Origin: Eledone cirrhosa
Taxonomy: Eukaryota
Assembly: GCA_964016885.1 (NCBI GenBank)
Contig: OZ024750.1
Location: 40,920,001 to 40,984,000, forward strand
Reading direction: 5' to 3'
DNA length: 64,000 bases
In this document: positions 1-14,454 of the stretch, in pieces
Layout: every line of letters starts with the position of its first letter
Position numbering within the stretch: position 1 is the stretch's first letter
Notes under the pieces: model-generated
Told to the model about the DNA's origin: nothing
Seen by the model: the letters and a program-made list of their open reading frames with translations, nothing else
Databases searched by the model: none
Made by a program: the position numbers and the translations under genes

Positions 1-2330
1 ATAGTAGGACTAAGACTTGGTACTGTAGACAGTAGATAACACTACAAGATATATACCATTATAGTAGGACTAAGCCTTGGTACTATAGAAAGTAGATGAC
101 ACTACAAGATATATACCAATATGGTAGGACTAAGACTTGGTACTGTAGACAGTAGATGACACTACAAGATATATACCATTATAGTAGGACTAAGCCTTGG
201 TACTGTAGACAGTAGATAACACTACAAGATATATACCATTATAGTAGGACTAAGCCTTGGTACTATAGAAAGTAGATGACACTACAAGATATATACCAAT
301 ATGGTAGGACTAAGACTTGGTACTGTAGACAGTAGATAACACTACAAGATATATACCATTATAGTAGGACTAAGCCTTGGTACTGTAGACAGTAGATAAC
401 ACTACAATATATATACCAATATGGTAGGACTAAGACTTGGTACTGTAGACAGTAGATAACACTACAATATATATACCAATATGGTAGGACTAAGACCTGT
501 TATTATAGACAGTAGATAACACTACAAGATATATACCATTATGGTAGGACTAAGACTTGGTATTATAGACAGTAGATAACACTACAAGATATATACCAAT
601 ATGGTAGGACTAAGACTTGGTACTGTAGACAGTAGACAACACTACAAGATATATACCAATATGGTAGGACTAAGACTTGGTACTGTAGACAGTAGATAAC
701 ACTACAAGATATATACCAATATGGTAGGACTAAGACTTGGTACTGTAGACAGTAGACAACACTACAAGATATATACCAATATGGTAGGACTAAGACTTGG
801 TACTGTAGACACTAGATAACACTACAAGATATATACCAATATGGTAGGACTAAGACTTGGTACTGTAGACAGTAGATAACACTACAAGATATATACCATT
901 ATAGTAGGACTAAGACTTGGTACTGTAGACAGTAGATAACACTACAAGATATATACCAATATGGTAGGACTAAGACTTGGTACTGTAGACAGTAGATAAT
1001 ACTACAAGATATATACCATTATAGTAGGACTAAGACTTGGTACTGTAGACAGTAGATAACACTACAAGATATATACCAATATGGTAGGACTAAGACTTCG
1101 TACTGTAGACAGTAGATAACACTACAAGATATATACCATTATAGTAGGACTAAGACTTGGTACTATAGGAAGTAGATGACACTACAAGATATATACCAAT
1201 ATGGTAGGACTAAGACTTGGTACTGTAGACAGTAGATAACACTACAATATATATACCCTTATAGTAGGACTAAGACTTGGTACTGTAGACAGTAGATAAC
1301 ACTACAAGATATATACCAATATGGTAGGACTAAGACTTGGTACTGTAGACAGTAGATAACACTACAAGATATATACCAATATGGTAGGACTAAGACTTGG
1401 TACTATAGAAAGTAGATGACACTACAAGATATATACCAATATGGTAGGACTAAGACTTGGTACTGTAGACAGTAGATAACACTACAAGATATATACCCTT
1501 ATAGTAGGACTAAGACTTGGTACTGTAGACAGTAGATAACACTACAAGATATATACCATTATAGTAGGACTAAGCCTTGGTACTGTAGACAGTAGATAAC
1601 ACTACAAGATATATACCATTATAGTAGGACTAAGCCTTGGTACTATAGAAAGTAGATGACACTACAAGATATATACCAATATGGTAGGACTAAGACTTGG
1701 TACTGTAGACAGTAGATAACACTACAAGATATATACCATTATAGTAGGACTAAGCCTTGGTACTGTAGACAGTAGATAACACTACAATATATATACCAAT
1801 ATGGTAGGACTAAGACTTGGTACTGTAGACAGTAGATAACACTACAATATATATACCAATATGGTAGGACTAAGACTTGGTATTATAGACAGTAGATAAC
1901 ACTACAAGATATATACCAATATGGTAGGACTAAGACTTGGTACTGTAGACAGTAGATAACACTACAATATATATACCCTTATAGTAGGACTAAGACTTGG
2001 TACTGTAGACAGTAGATAACACTACAATATATATACCAATATGGTAGGACTAAGACTTGGTACTGTAGACAGTAGATAACACTACAATATATATACCCTT
2101 ATAGTAGGACTAAGACTTGGTACTGTAGACAGTAGATAACACTACAATATGTATACCCTTATAGTAGGACTAAGCCTTGGTACTGTAGACAGTAGATAAC
2201 ACTACAAGATATATACCAATATGGTAGGACTAAGACTTGGTACTGTAGACAGTAGATAACACTACAAGATATATACCAATATGGTAGGACTAAGACTTGG
2301 TACTGTAGACAGTAGACAACACTGCAATCA
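1..2330. repeat. 60-bp tandem minisatellite, about 39 copies, runs off the window start
   Basis: Unit ATGGTAGGACTAAGACTTGGTACTGTAGACAGTAGATAACACTACAAGATATATACCAAT repeats in register on every 60-nt line, with few substitutions. Confidence 0.98.
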
Positions 2331-2344
2331 TATGACTTACTCAT

Positions 2345-2483
2345 TGGTCATATATACAAATACATACATGCCTACACATACAAATATATACCTACATACA
2401 TACAAATATATAGCTATATACACACACAAACATACATTAGTCACATACATTACATACATACATACATACATAATACACACACG

Positions 2484-2529
<46 letters not shown>

Positions 2530-3375
2530 GAAATATACCCATATACATGTGCAGAGTAGCAGCATCTGTGGTGGTGGTAGTAGTAGTAGTAGTAGTTAGT
2601 TAACTAAGCAGAACCTAGTGAAACCTCCAGTATCTACCAGCACCATCCCAGCAACCAACATCAGTCAAACTCCAGTACCATGTATAGTCTTCTATAGTCT
2701 TCTATAGTCTTGAAATATTCTCTTAAAGGGTTCCACGTACTGTAAGCAGAGTTCTCTGTTGAAGCTCAGTGGTTCTCTCTATTTTCTCTTCTCTCACTCA
2801 CACGCACGCACACTCACACTCACACATATATGTACACATACATACACACACACACATGTATACACACTGACACATTCACGCACACACACATGTACACACA
2901 CTGACACATGTACACACACACACACACACATGTACACACACCCACATATATGTACACATACATACACACACACTGACACATACACACACACATGTACACA
3001 CACATACACATGTACACACACATATGTACACATACACACACATGTACACACACACGCACACACACATGTACACACACGCACACACATGTACACACACACA
3101 TATGTACACATACATACACCTGTACACACACACACATGTACATACTGATACACACACATGTACATACTGACACACATACACATACATACGCACGTATACA
3201 TATTGACACAATACATATATACACATAAACACACATACACACACACGCTGACACATTCACGCACACACTCTCACATACACAGATCGACACACACACACAT
3301 ATACTTACACATGCACATACACACACACATATACTTACACATGCACATACACACACATGCACATACACACACACT
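2345..3375. repeat. (CA)n/(TACA)n/(TA)n compound microsatellites
   Basis: Degenerate CA/TA dinucleotide tracts at 2345-2545 and 2790-3375. Confidence 0.9.
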
Positions 3376-3447
3376 CATTCTCTCTCGTTTGCTCTCCTTT
3401 TCTCTTTCTCTCTCTTTATTACTTTGGCTGTTCATACATAAAAGATA

Positions 3448-4621
3448 TCACCATCACCATCACCATCACAATCGCACCATAATCATCATCATCATCATCA
3501 TCGTCAGGAAATGATGATCATCATCGTTATCATCACTATCACCTTTATCATTCACCACCACCACTACCACCACAGCCACCACTACCACCACCTCCACCAC
3601 CACAACCACCACAGCCACCACCTCCTCCGCCACAGCCACCACTACCACCACCTCCTCCACCACAGCCACCACCACCACAACCACCACCTCCTCCACAGCC
3701 ACCACCTCCTCCACCACAGCCACCACCACAGCCACCACCACAGCCACCACCACTACCACCACAGCCACCACCACAGCCACCTCCACCACCATCACTACAC
3801 TGCCACCACCACCACTACCACCACCACATCCACCACCACCACCACTACCACAGCCACCACCACCACTACCACCTCCACCACAGCCACCACCACCTCCACC
3901 ACTACCACCACCTCCTCCACCACCATCACTACACTGCCACCACCACCTCCACTACCACCACCACCTCCACCACTACCACCACCACTACCACCACCTCCTC
4001 CACCACTACCACCACCTCCACCACCACTACCACCACCACCACCATCACTACACCCCCCACCACCACCATCACTACACCCCCCACCACCACCATCACTACA
4101 ACCAGAAAAAAAAAAGAATAAAGCAACAATACTACCACAACAAAATCAACATCATCACCATCACTACTACAACCACTACTGTGATGTTCCCATCAACACC
4201 AGCAGCAGCACCACAACAACCACAACAACATCATCATCATCATCATCACCACCACTACAGTTTTCCCATCAACAGCAGCACCACCACCACCACTACTACT
4301 ACCACAGCAGCAACAACAACAACACTACCACCACAAAAATCATCATAACCATCATCATCATCATCACCGCGACCACCACAACCACTGATACCATTTCCCT
4401 CCCCGCCGCCGCCTCCCCATCGCCACCACCACCACCACCACCACACCTACAACAAAAATCATCATCAGCAGCATCAGAATCTATATTATCACCATCACCA
4501 TCATCATCATCATCATTTCAGCACCACTGTATCATCATCACAATCTATATTATCACCCTTCCACCAAAACCATCATCATAATTATCACCAAATCAACACA
4601 GCTGTCTTGACCACAACTACT

Positions 4622-4683
<62 letters not shown>

Positions 4684-4960
4684 CACCACCACCACCACCA
4701 CCACCACCACCACTACTACTACTACTACTACCACTGCTACCACCACCACTACTACTACTACCACTACCACCACAACTACCACCACTACTACTACTACCAC
4801 CACCACCACCACTACTACTACCACAACTACTACTTCTACCACCAATACTACCACCACTACTACTACTACCACTACCACCACCACCACCAATACTACCACC
4901 ACTACCACCACCACCACCGCCAATACTACCACCACTGCCACCACTGCTGCTGCCACCTAC
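3448..4960. repeat. CAC/CAT/TAC trinucleotide low-complexity tract
   Basis: Continuous degenerate (CAC)n/(TAC)n; the ORFs here are poly-H/T/P/V artefacts. Confidence 0.92.
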
Positions 4961-4994
4961 TGAATAACATCATGATTATCAACATTTCAACACT

Positions 4995-6560
4995 ATCATC
5001 ACCATCACCATCACCACTGTGTAACCCCACCATCACCACTGTGTAACACCACTGTGTACCATCACCATCACCATTGTATACCATCACCATCACCACTGTG
5101 TAACACCATTGTATACCATCACCATCACCACTGTGTAACACCACTGTGTACCATCACCATCATCACTGTGTAACACCATTGTATACCATCACCATCACGT
5201 AACACCATTGTATACCATCACCATCACCACTGTGTAACACCACTGTGTACCATCACCATCACCACTGTGTAACACCATTGTGTACCATCACCATCACCAC
5301 TGTGTAACACCATTGTATACCATCACCACTGTGTAACACCACTGTGTACCATCACCATCACCACTGTGTAACACCACTGTGTACCATCACCATCACCACT
5401 GTGTAACACCACTGTGTACCATCACCATCACCACTGTGTAACACCATTGTATACCATCACCACTGTGTAACACCACTGTGTACCATCACCATCACCACTG
5501 TGTAACACCACTGTGTACCATCACCATCACCACTGTGTAACACCATTGTATACCATCACCATCACCACTGTGTAACACCATTGTATACCATCACCACTGT
5601 GTAACACCATTGTATACCATCACCACTGTGTAACACCACCATCACCACTGTGTAACACCACTATCACCACTGTGTAACACCACTGTGTACCATCACCATC
5701 ACCACTGTGTAACACCACCATCACCACTGTGTAACACCATTGTATACCATCACCACTGTGTAACACCACCATCACCACTGTGTAACACCACTGTGTACCA
5801 TCACCATCACCACTGTGTAACACCACCATCACCACTGTGTAACACCATTGTATACCATCACCATCACCACTGTGTAACACCATTGTATACCATCACCACT
5901 GTGTAACACGACCATCACCACTGTGTAACACCACTGTGTACCATCACCATCACCACTGTGTAACACCACCATCACCACTGTGTAACACCATTGTATACCA
6001 TCACCATCACCACTGTGTAACACCATTGTATACCATCACCACTGTGTAACACCACCATCACCACTGTGTAACACCACTGTGTACCATCACCATCACCACT
6101 GTGTAACACCACCATCACCACTGTGTAACACCATTGTATACCATCACCATCACCACTGTGTAACACCATTGTATACCATCACCACTGTGTAACACCACCA
6201 TCACCACTGTGTAACACCACTGTGTACCATCACCATCACCACTGTGTAACACCACCATCACCACTGTGTAACACCATTGTATACCATCACCATCACCACT
6301 GTGTAACACCATTGTATACCATCACCACTGTGTAACACCACCATCACCACTGTGTAACACCACTGTGTACCATCACCATCACCACTGTGTAACACCACCA
6401 TCACCACTGTGTAACACCATTGTATACCATCACCATCACCACTGTGTAACACCAATGTGTAACACCACTGTGTAACACCACCATCACCACTGTAACACTA
6501 CCACTGTGTAACACCACCACTGTGTAACACCACCACTGTGTAACACCATTGTATATCATC
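4995..6560. repeat. Minisatellite built on CACCATCACCACTGTGTAACACCA(T/C)TGT(A/G)TAC, with a 143-bp higher-order repeat
   Basis: Units directly visible; identical ORFs recur at 143-bp intervals (5829, 5972, 6115, 6258). Confidence 0.93.
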
Positions 6561-7535
6561 ACCATCACCACCACCACCACCACCACCCCCATCACCACCA
6601 TCATCATCATTGTCATCATCTCCACAACACTTTTATTGTCACCATCATCATTGTCATCTCTATAACATTCATATTGTTTTTCTATTGTCATCATCACCAC
6701 CACCCCCACCCCCACCACCATCATTGTCATCACCATCACCATCACCATCACCATCATCATCTCTATAACATATTGTTTTTCTATTATCATCATCATCATC
6801 ATCATTGTCATCATCATCATCATCATCGTCATCATCATTGTCATCATCATCATCACCACCATTATTCTCATTATGTTGCCATTATATTGCCTTGCTGTCA
6901 TCATTACTTTGTCACCCCTTTTTTTCTAGATCATCACTGCCACCGCCACCACCACCACCACCAATACCACCACCACTACCACCATCATTAACACCATCAC
7001 CACCATCATTACCATCATCACCACCACCATCATGTACACACACACACACACATGTACACACACATTTACAATCAACATTCAACTCCCCTACATACAAGAC
7101 AAGATGTTATTTACACATTCTGTTGGCAGGATGCAAGTTTTCCCCACCACCCCACCACCATCATACTTCCTCACCACCACCCCACCACCATCATACTTCC
7201 TCACCACTACCACCACCACCATCATACTTCCTCACCACTACCACCACCACCATCATCACTACCACCCCACCACTACTGCATCCTCTCCCACCCTACCACC
7301 ACCACCATCCTTCCTCACCACCACACCACTGCCACCACCATCACCACCACCACTACAACCATCACTACCATCATCACTACCACATCCTCTCCCACCACCA
7401 CCATCACCACCACCACCACCATCACTATCATCACTACCACCCCAGCACTACCCCCCCCCCCCACCACCATACTCCACCCACCCACCACCACCACACCACC
7501 ACCATCACCACCATCACCACACCACCACCACCACT
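6560..7535. repeat. (CAT)n/(CAC)n low-complexity tract
   Basis: Degenerate trinucleotide repeats. Confidence 0.88.
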
Positions 7536-7929
7536 TTATATCCTCCCCTATTTATACACAACATCCCTGTGTAAACAGGGAGAACTAAGCCCCCATTTTA
7601 ATGCCTTTCACATTTCTACATTATAAAATATAATTCTCTTCAAATATATGAACCTTGTTTGCTTATCCAGAAATGCTGCACACATGCAGTTACCTGTTAA
7701 CACAGTTATTTACTGTTTGTGATATTTACTTCAGGATTAGGGGCTTTTCTCGTTAGGTAACACCTATACATATGCCCCTTTTACTTGGGATTTTTTTTTT
7801 TTTTTTTTGTGTGAGTAAACATTTCTAACCCATTTCTAACCCATAACTTTTATGCACCTCTCAGTTCACAGTACAAATCATTAGTCGTGTAAGAATTTTA
7901 TTGATAAATTCCAACCCAAGCTAAATGAA

Positions 7930-8122
7930 CAATAATTGTTTCTACGTTAGGCACAAGGCCAGCAATTATCCCAGTGTATTACTGGTGCTTTATTTTATCG
8001 ACCCCGTAAGGATGAAAGGCGAAGTTAACCTTCGGCGGGATTTGAACTCCACACCATAAAGGGACGTAACTCTTTGCTGCAAAGCATGGCGTCCGACCCT
8101 CTACCAATACTGCCAATCCACC
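7930..8122 (-). mobile_element. tRNA-derived SINE family 1 copy
   Basis: Minus strand has an A-box-like TGGCAGTATTGGTAG, a B-box GTTCAAATCC, a central GCCTTTCATCCTTACGGGGTCGATAAAATAAAG domain and a tail GGCCTTGTGCC..TAGAAACAATTATT; more than 10 homologous copies in the window. Confidence 0.88.
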
Positions 8123-8534
8123 AAGTGAACAATAATAATGCTTAGGGGTATTACTTCTACTGACTACGCCTACGACCATGTCGGCTACCACCACTAACAA
8201 CAACAACAACAATAATAATAATAATAAAAGTGATGTTGATGATTACTGAAGATTTTTTATAAAAACTCTAGAAAATGCTATTTTCATCATTTCTAAAAAT
8301 AGCAAAACAATTGATGCTTTGGATAGGGTCAAATAGAAGTCGTTAGACATGCTCAACCAACCGTGATGCCTAAACCAATCAGCTTTAGTAATCTAGTGAA
8401 ACTACACACCAATTGGTCGAAATACAGTTTGCAAAACTTAGCATTCTGTAGCCCCTTTTTACTGTATATAAAGCACAGTTTTTAGCCATCTCATTACAGT
8501 TGAAAATTGCCAACTTGACTGTCACCACTGAATA

Positions 8535-8573
8535 TGAACCTGAAGATTGCGAAAGCATGAAAGTACTTGTTCA
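8535..8573 (+). ncRNA. Minimal type-I hammerhead ribozyme motif
   Basis: TGAAC-CTGAAGA-tTGC gaaa GCAt-GAAA-GTAC-TT-GTTCA: stem I TGAAC/GTTCA, intact core, palindromic stem III; TATATAAA upstream near 8465. Confidence 0.7.
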
Positions 8574-8678
8574 ATTAACATTTAACATTTAATATTCTAC
8601 CATACTATTTCATTATAATATCATCATAATTTTTAAGGATTGTAAATAAAACGAGTAAATCAGACAAAGATGGAATTC

Positions 8679-9282
<604 letters not shown>

Positions 9283-9519
9283 GTCGATCGTTCCATATAT
9301 ATATAACAATAACTTGTTATCCCATATATATATATATATAATCATTGTGCTCATGATGTTTGGCAGTAGTATATATACTGGTTGGATGCCCTTCCTAACA
9401 CCAGCACCACTTTACAGCATGGACTGGGTGCTTTTATTCGTGCCACCAGCACTAGAGAGATCGTTTTAATGGACTCAGGGGCCCTATCCACCCCTCCATT
9501 TTACAGCATGATAATAATA

Positions 9520-9695
9520 ATTGTTTCCACTTTTTTGCACAAGGCCAGCATTACTGGTACGTTATTTTATCGACCCCGTAAGGATGAAAGGCAAAGTTAA
9601 CCTCGGTGGGATTTGAACTCAGACCATAAAGGGACCTAACTCTATGCTGCAAAGCATGGCGTCCGACCTTCTACTCATACTGCCAATCCCCCGCC
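9520..9695 (-). mobile_element. SINE family 1 copy
   Basis: Homologous to 7930-8122. Confidence 0.85.
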
Positions 9696-9875
9696 TAATA
9701 ATAATAATAATAATGAGGTGTTAAATGTTCATTACATATATTGAGGTGTGACACGAGTTTTGCGATTGATCAGCTCAAGGCTCAATCTGTATCGATCGGC
9801 CTGCTATTATGGTAGTGCCATTACAGTCTCTAAACTCTCTTTCTTTCTCTCTCTCTCTCTCTCTCTCTCACTCAC

Positions 9876-9955
<80 letters not shown>

Positions 9956-10145
9956 GGTTTGTTGGTTCACCACTGGATAGAACTGGTCATTCCGTATGGT
10001 AAATCTCGATGTAATATTATGGAGAGTACTCAACGTAATGCAGCTCACCCATCTTCGTTTGTGTAGTTGGTGGTGCGAGTACGGAGTTAATTATAATAAA
10101 ATAACAGGAGGCTGGACTGCTGTTATATTCCCTTGTTATATTTCG

Positions 10146-10205
10146 AATACCTGATGATATCACCGGATTCATACGGAACCCGGTCTTTGAAATGATCATA
10201 GTCTA
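10146..10205 (+). ncRNA. Type-I hammerhead ribozyme motif (weak stem I)
   Basis: CTGATGA at 10151, stem II ACCGG..CCGGT, GAAA-TGATCA-TA, immediately followed by AATAAA; flanked by inverted repeat 10090-10119/10229-10258. Confidence 0.62.
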
Positions 10206-10330
10206 ATAAACCTTCCAAGGATTTACACCAGTCCAACCTCCAGTTATTTTATTATAATAATTATTATATATATCTATATATATATATATATATATCTTTA
10301 TATATATATCTTTATATATATCTTTATATA

Positions 10331-10780
10331 CGATATTAAATAAATGGAAATTATATTTATAAAACCATATCTATTTCATTATATATATTTCAGGGATATC
10401 ATATTAAAAATATGTTATGCCTTCTTCAGACAAAATACAATATAAACAGTCTTATAAATAGATAGATTCGACATACCTTTTCAACTTCGACTTGCATTTG
10501 AAAAGTTGAAGTTGAAAAGGTATGTCAAAGTTGAAAAGGTATGTCGAATCTATCTATTTATAAGACTGTTTATATTGTATTTTGTCTGAAGAAGGCATAA
10601 CATATTTTTAATATGATATCCCTGAAATATATATAATGAAATAGATATGGTTTTATAAATATAATTTCCATTTATTTAATATCGTTAATATACTCCAAAT
10701 ACTTGTTGAGTGCTTTTATATCAGTTATAAATATTTACTCGTTGTAACCCAACAATTTAAATATAACTTTCCATGTATCT
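10331..10780 (+). mobile_element. Penelope-like pLTR remnant with inverted upstream duplication (family P1)
   Basis: 10331-10487 is the reverse complement of 10528-10684; the arms carry a hammerhead; homologous to 33521-33833 and 39240-39420. Confidence 0.7.
10578..10643 (+). ncRNA. Type-I hammerhead ribozyme (mirror copy on the minus strand near 10372-10437)
   Basis: TATTTTGT-CTGAAGA-AGG..CCT-GAAA-TATATA-TA-ATGAAATA; stem I pairs with two G-U wobbles. Confidence 0.75.
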
Positions 10781-10892
10781 TTATATATATATCTTTATAT
10801 ATATATATATAGATATATACACACACACACTAAAACAAGATGGCGTAGGACAGAACAAAGGAGAGGCACAAAAACAAAGAAAAGAATCCCCA

Positions 10893-10935
10893 GTCACTGA
10901 AGAGGTCACATAATGTGTGACGAAAGAACTTTGAC
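10893..10935 (+). ncRNA. Minimal type-I hammerhead ribozyme motif
   Basis: GTCA-CTGAAGA-gGTCACA taatg TGTGAC-GAAA-GAAC-TT-TGAC. Confidence 0.72.
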
Positions 10936-11153
10936 AATATATGAACAATCGTCTGGTTGTGGAACCAACCAACCAACAGGAAATTTATAAATTTAATTTA
11001 TAATAAATTGAAGTGAAAGCAACTGGTGCGTGTGTTTCTTATTGGCAACATGACCCTCCCAAAGCATAACAATATCGGTTTCAACACACGATTTCAGATA
11101 AAGAATCTTGCTAAACAAATTCAGAAACGAAATATATATATATATATCGCTCG

Positions 11154-11237
<84 letters not shown>

Positions 11238-11263
11238 TACTCTTTCTCTCTCTCTCTCTCTCT

Positions 11264-12073
11264 ATCATTAACATCCATCTTCCATGCTAGCATGGGTTTG
11301 GACGGGAATTTTCCCACTTGAGGCAAGATTGGTTGTCTTGCTCGTATAGGACTGTCTGGCGGGTTTTCTATGGCTGGATGCCCTTCCTAACACCAAGCAC
11401 GTTACAAGTGTGGACTGGGAGGTTTTTACCGTGTTACCTACATGGCCACATTACAGCGTGGACTGTGTGTTTTTTTGTCGTGACACCTACACGACCTCAT
11501 TTGTTTCGTACTGGATGTTGTGGTACCAACATAACTTTACATTGGAAGGGGTGGTGTGGATGGGGTGGGGGTAGTGGGACGGGGGTGTATTTTTGTTAAA
11601 AGTGCCTACTGACTAGGTTTCGCTTTGTACTTAGGCAAGGCGGGTCTTCTCTATTACTGTGTAGCGCCAAAGATCTCGGTTCAGTGACATTGTCTTCGAG
11701 AGGTGTGTGTGAGGTCGGAATTTATCAAGTCGTCCCAGGTTTTTCTGGGTCTGCCTACTCCGTGGCTACCATCTATTTTTATCGCCCTGCACTTTTTTAT
11801 ACAGTTGTCGTCTTTCATGCGCATCACGTAACCGTACCAACGTAGTCTTCTCTCGAGTAAACAGCATCTGATCCCTCTTATTCCTAATTTCTCCCTTAGT
11901 TCGTTTATGCTTTGCCGTTCACGTATATTACTATTACACATCCAACGGAGCATGCAAGCTTTGTTCCTCTCCAGTTTGCATCTCTCCAGTTTGCATATAT
12001 CCTCTGCACACAATGGCCAGGTCTCACTGCCATGCAGCATTGCTGTTCATATGCAGGCATCATACAGCCTGCC

Positions 12074-12078
<5 letters not shown>
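11264..12078 (-). mobile_element. 5'-truncated RTE-clade LINE (post-RT C-terminus plus 3' UTR)
   Basis: ORF 11681-12040 has the RTE C-terminal motifs LHGSETW..MLRWMC..RRLRWYGYVMRM..GRPRKTW; its 3' UTR matches the copy at 32925-33483. Confidence 0.85.
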
Positions 12079-12118
<40 letters not shown>

Positions 12119-12169
12119 ATATCTCTATATCTTTATCTATATCTCATATCTATATATATCTATCTATAT

Positions 12170-12505
12170 GGAGGCACATGGCTTAGTGGTTAGAGCATTG
12201 GCCTTGCAATTGAAAGGTTGTGAGTTCAATTCTCGGACCGGGTGATGTGTTGTTTCCTTGAGCAAGACACTTTATTTCACATTGCTCCAGTTTACTCAGC
12301 TGTAGAAATGAGATGATAGGGACAGGGGTCCCTATAATTCCACTGTAAAGTGGTCGTGGAGGTGCCACGGCAAAAAAGCACCCAGCACTCACTGTAAATG
12401 AGGTTGGTGTTAGGAAGGGCACCCAGCTGTAGAAATCAAGTCAAAATCGGTTCCCGTCCCACCCTTGCAAGCAGGGAAAAGCGGACGTAAAATGAAATGA
12501 ATGAT
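12170..12505 (+). mobile_element. tRNA-derived CORE-type SINE family 2, full length
   Basis: GGAGGCACATGGCTTAGTGGTTAGAGC head, GTTCAATTC B-box, CORE-like TCCTTGAGCAAGACACTT..CTGTAGAAATG, 3' GGTGTTAGGAAGGGCA..GGACGTAAAATGA tail. Confidence 0.88.
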
Positions 12506-12526
12506 ATATATATCTATATATATACC

Positions 12527-12562
<36 letters not shown>

Positions 12563-12719
12563 AAAAGGAACGATCGACTTTTTTATGCCCTGGTGGGAAA
12601 TAAAAAAAAAATTATCTATATATATATATCTATCTATATATCTATATATCTATATCTATCTATCTAATCTATCTATATATATATCTATATATCTATATAT
12701 ATATATATATATATATCTA

Positions 12720-12752
<33 letters not shown>

Positions 12753-13177
12753 ATATATATATCTATATCTATCTATATATATAATCTATATATCTATATA
12801 TATCTCTATATATATATAGATATATATATATAGATATATATATATAGATATATATAGATATAGATATAGATATATATAGATATATATATATATATATATA
12901 GATATATATATATATAGATATATATATATATAGATATATATATATATATAGATATATATATATATAGATATATATATATATATATAGATATATATATATA
13001 TATATAGATATATATATATATATAGATATATAGATATATATATATATAGATATATATATATATATAGATATATAGATATATATATATAGATATAGATATA
13101 TAGATATATATATATAGATATATATATATAGATATAGATATATAGATATATATATATAGATATATATATAGATATAT

Positions 13178-13216
<39 letters not shown>

Positions 13217-13239
13217 TATATATATATATATATATATAT

Positions 13240-13318
<79 letters not shown>

Positions 13319-13574
13319 TATATATAGAGAGAGAGATATATATAGATATATATATATATATATAGAGAGATATATATAGATATATATATATATATATAGA
13401 GAGATATATATAGATATATAGATTATATATATAGAGAGATATATATAGATATATAGATTATATATATAGAGAGATATATATAGATATATAGATTATATAT
13501 ATAGATAGATATAGATATATATATAGATAGATAGATATATATATAGATAGATAGATATATATATATATAGATAG

Positions 13575-13605
<31 letters not shown>

Positions 13606-13841
13606 TATATAGATATATAGATAGATATATATATATAGATAATTTTCTTTTTATTTGCCACCAGGGCATAAAAAAGTGGGACAAGTACAATGGGGGGAGT
13701 TTACATAACAAGGCGTCCTCACTAAGGAGGAGGCAATAACAAAATATAAAATTAAAATAAAATATAACAAAATAAATTTTATAACAAAATCCTCAATAGG
13801 GAGGAGGCGCCTTGGGGGGTCGCACCCCCCCCCCCCCCGAA

Positions 13842-13873
<32 letters not shown>

Positions 13874-14049
13874 ACATATAGATATATATATATAGATATA
13901 TAGAACGGACGTAAAACGGTGATGATGATGATGATGATGATATAGATATATATATATATAGATATATATATATATGTTTATAGATATATATAGATAGATA
14001 TATATAGATATATAGATATATATAGATATATATATATAGATATATATAG

Positions 14050-14083
<34 letters not shown>

Positions 14084-14190
14084 CTATATATATAGATATA
14101 TATAGATATAGATATATATATATATATAGATATATATATAGATACATATATATATATAGATATATATATATAGATAGATAGATAGATATA
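12506..14190. repeat. (TA)n/(TAGA)n microsatellite containing LINE 3'-end fragments
   Basis: Long TA/TAGA tract interrupted at 12565-12614, 13640-13842 and 13903-13940. Confidence 0.92.
13640..13842 (-). mobile_element. 5'-truncated 3'-UTR copy of the Tx1-like LINE
   Basis: Closely matches but is not identical to 14192-14385 (TTTGCCAC..GGGCAT..AAAGTGGGACAAGTACA..GGCGTCCTCA..GCGCCTTGGGGGTCGCAC). Confidence 0.9.
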
Positions 14191-14454
14191 TGTTTCTTTT
14201 ATTTGCCACTAGGGCATCAAAAGTGGGACAAGTACAAAGGGGGGAGTTTACACAAAAAGGCGTCCTCAATAAGGAGGAGGCAATAACAAAATATAAAAAT
14301 AAAATGAGATATAACAAAAAATAAAATTTTTAACAAAATCCTCAATAGAGAGGAAGCGCCTTGGGGGGTCGCACACACCCCCGAAAAAAGTGTGCAACCC
14401 TTCTCCTCAGGAGCACAGAGAAGGGGTGCTCCCTTGGTCTTTCATCTTCCTCAC

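Noticed and set aside
1-2330. CRISPR-like array
   Set aside because: Head-to-tail 60-bp units with no unique spacers, no cas genes, eukaryotic context
3466-7626. His/Pro/Thr-rich structural or mucin-like proteins
   Set aside because: Trinucleotide-derived repeats open in several frames on both strands, with no signal peptide or splice context
8245-8290. CTGAAGA..GAAA hammerhead candidate
   Set aside because: No stem I and only a weak A-T stem II; likely chance
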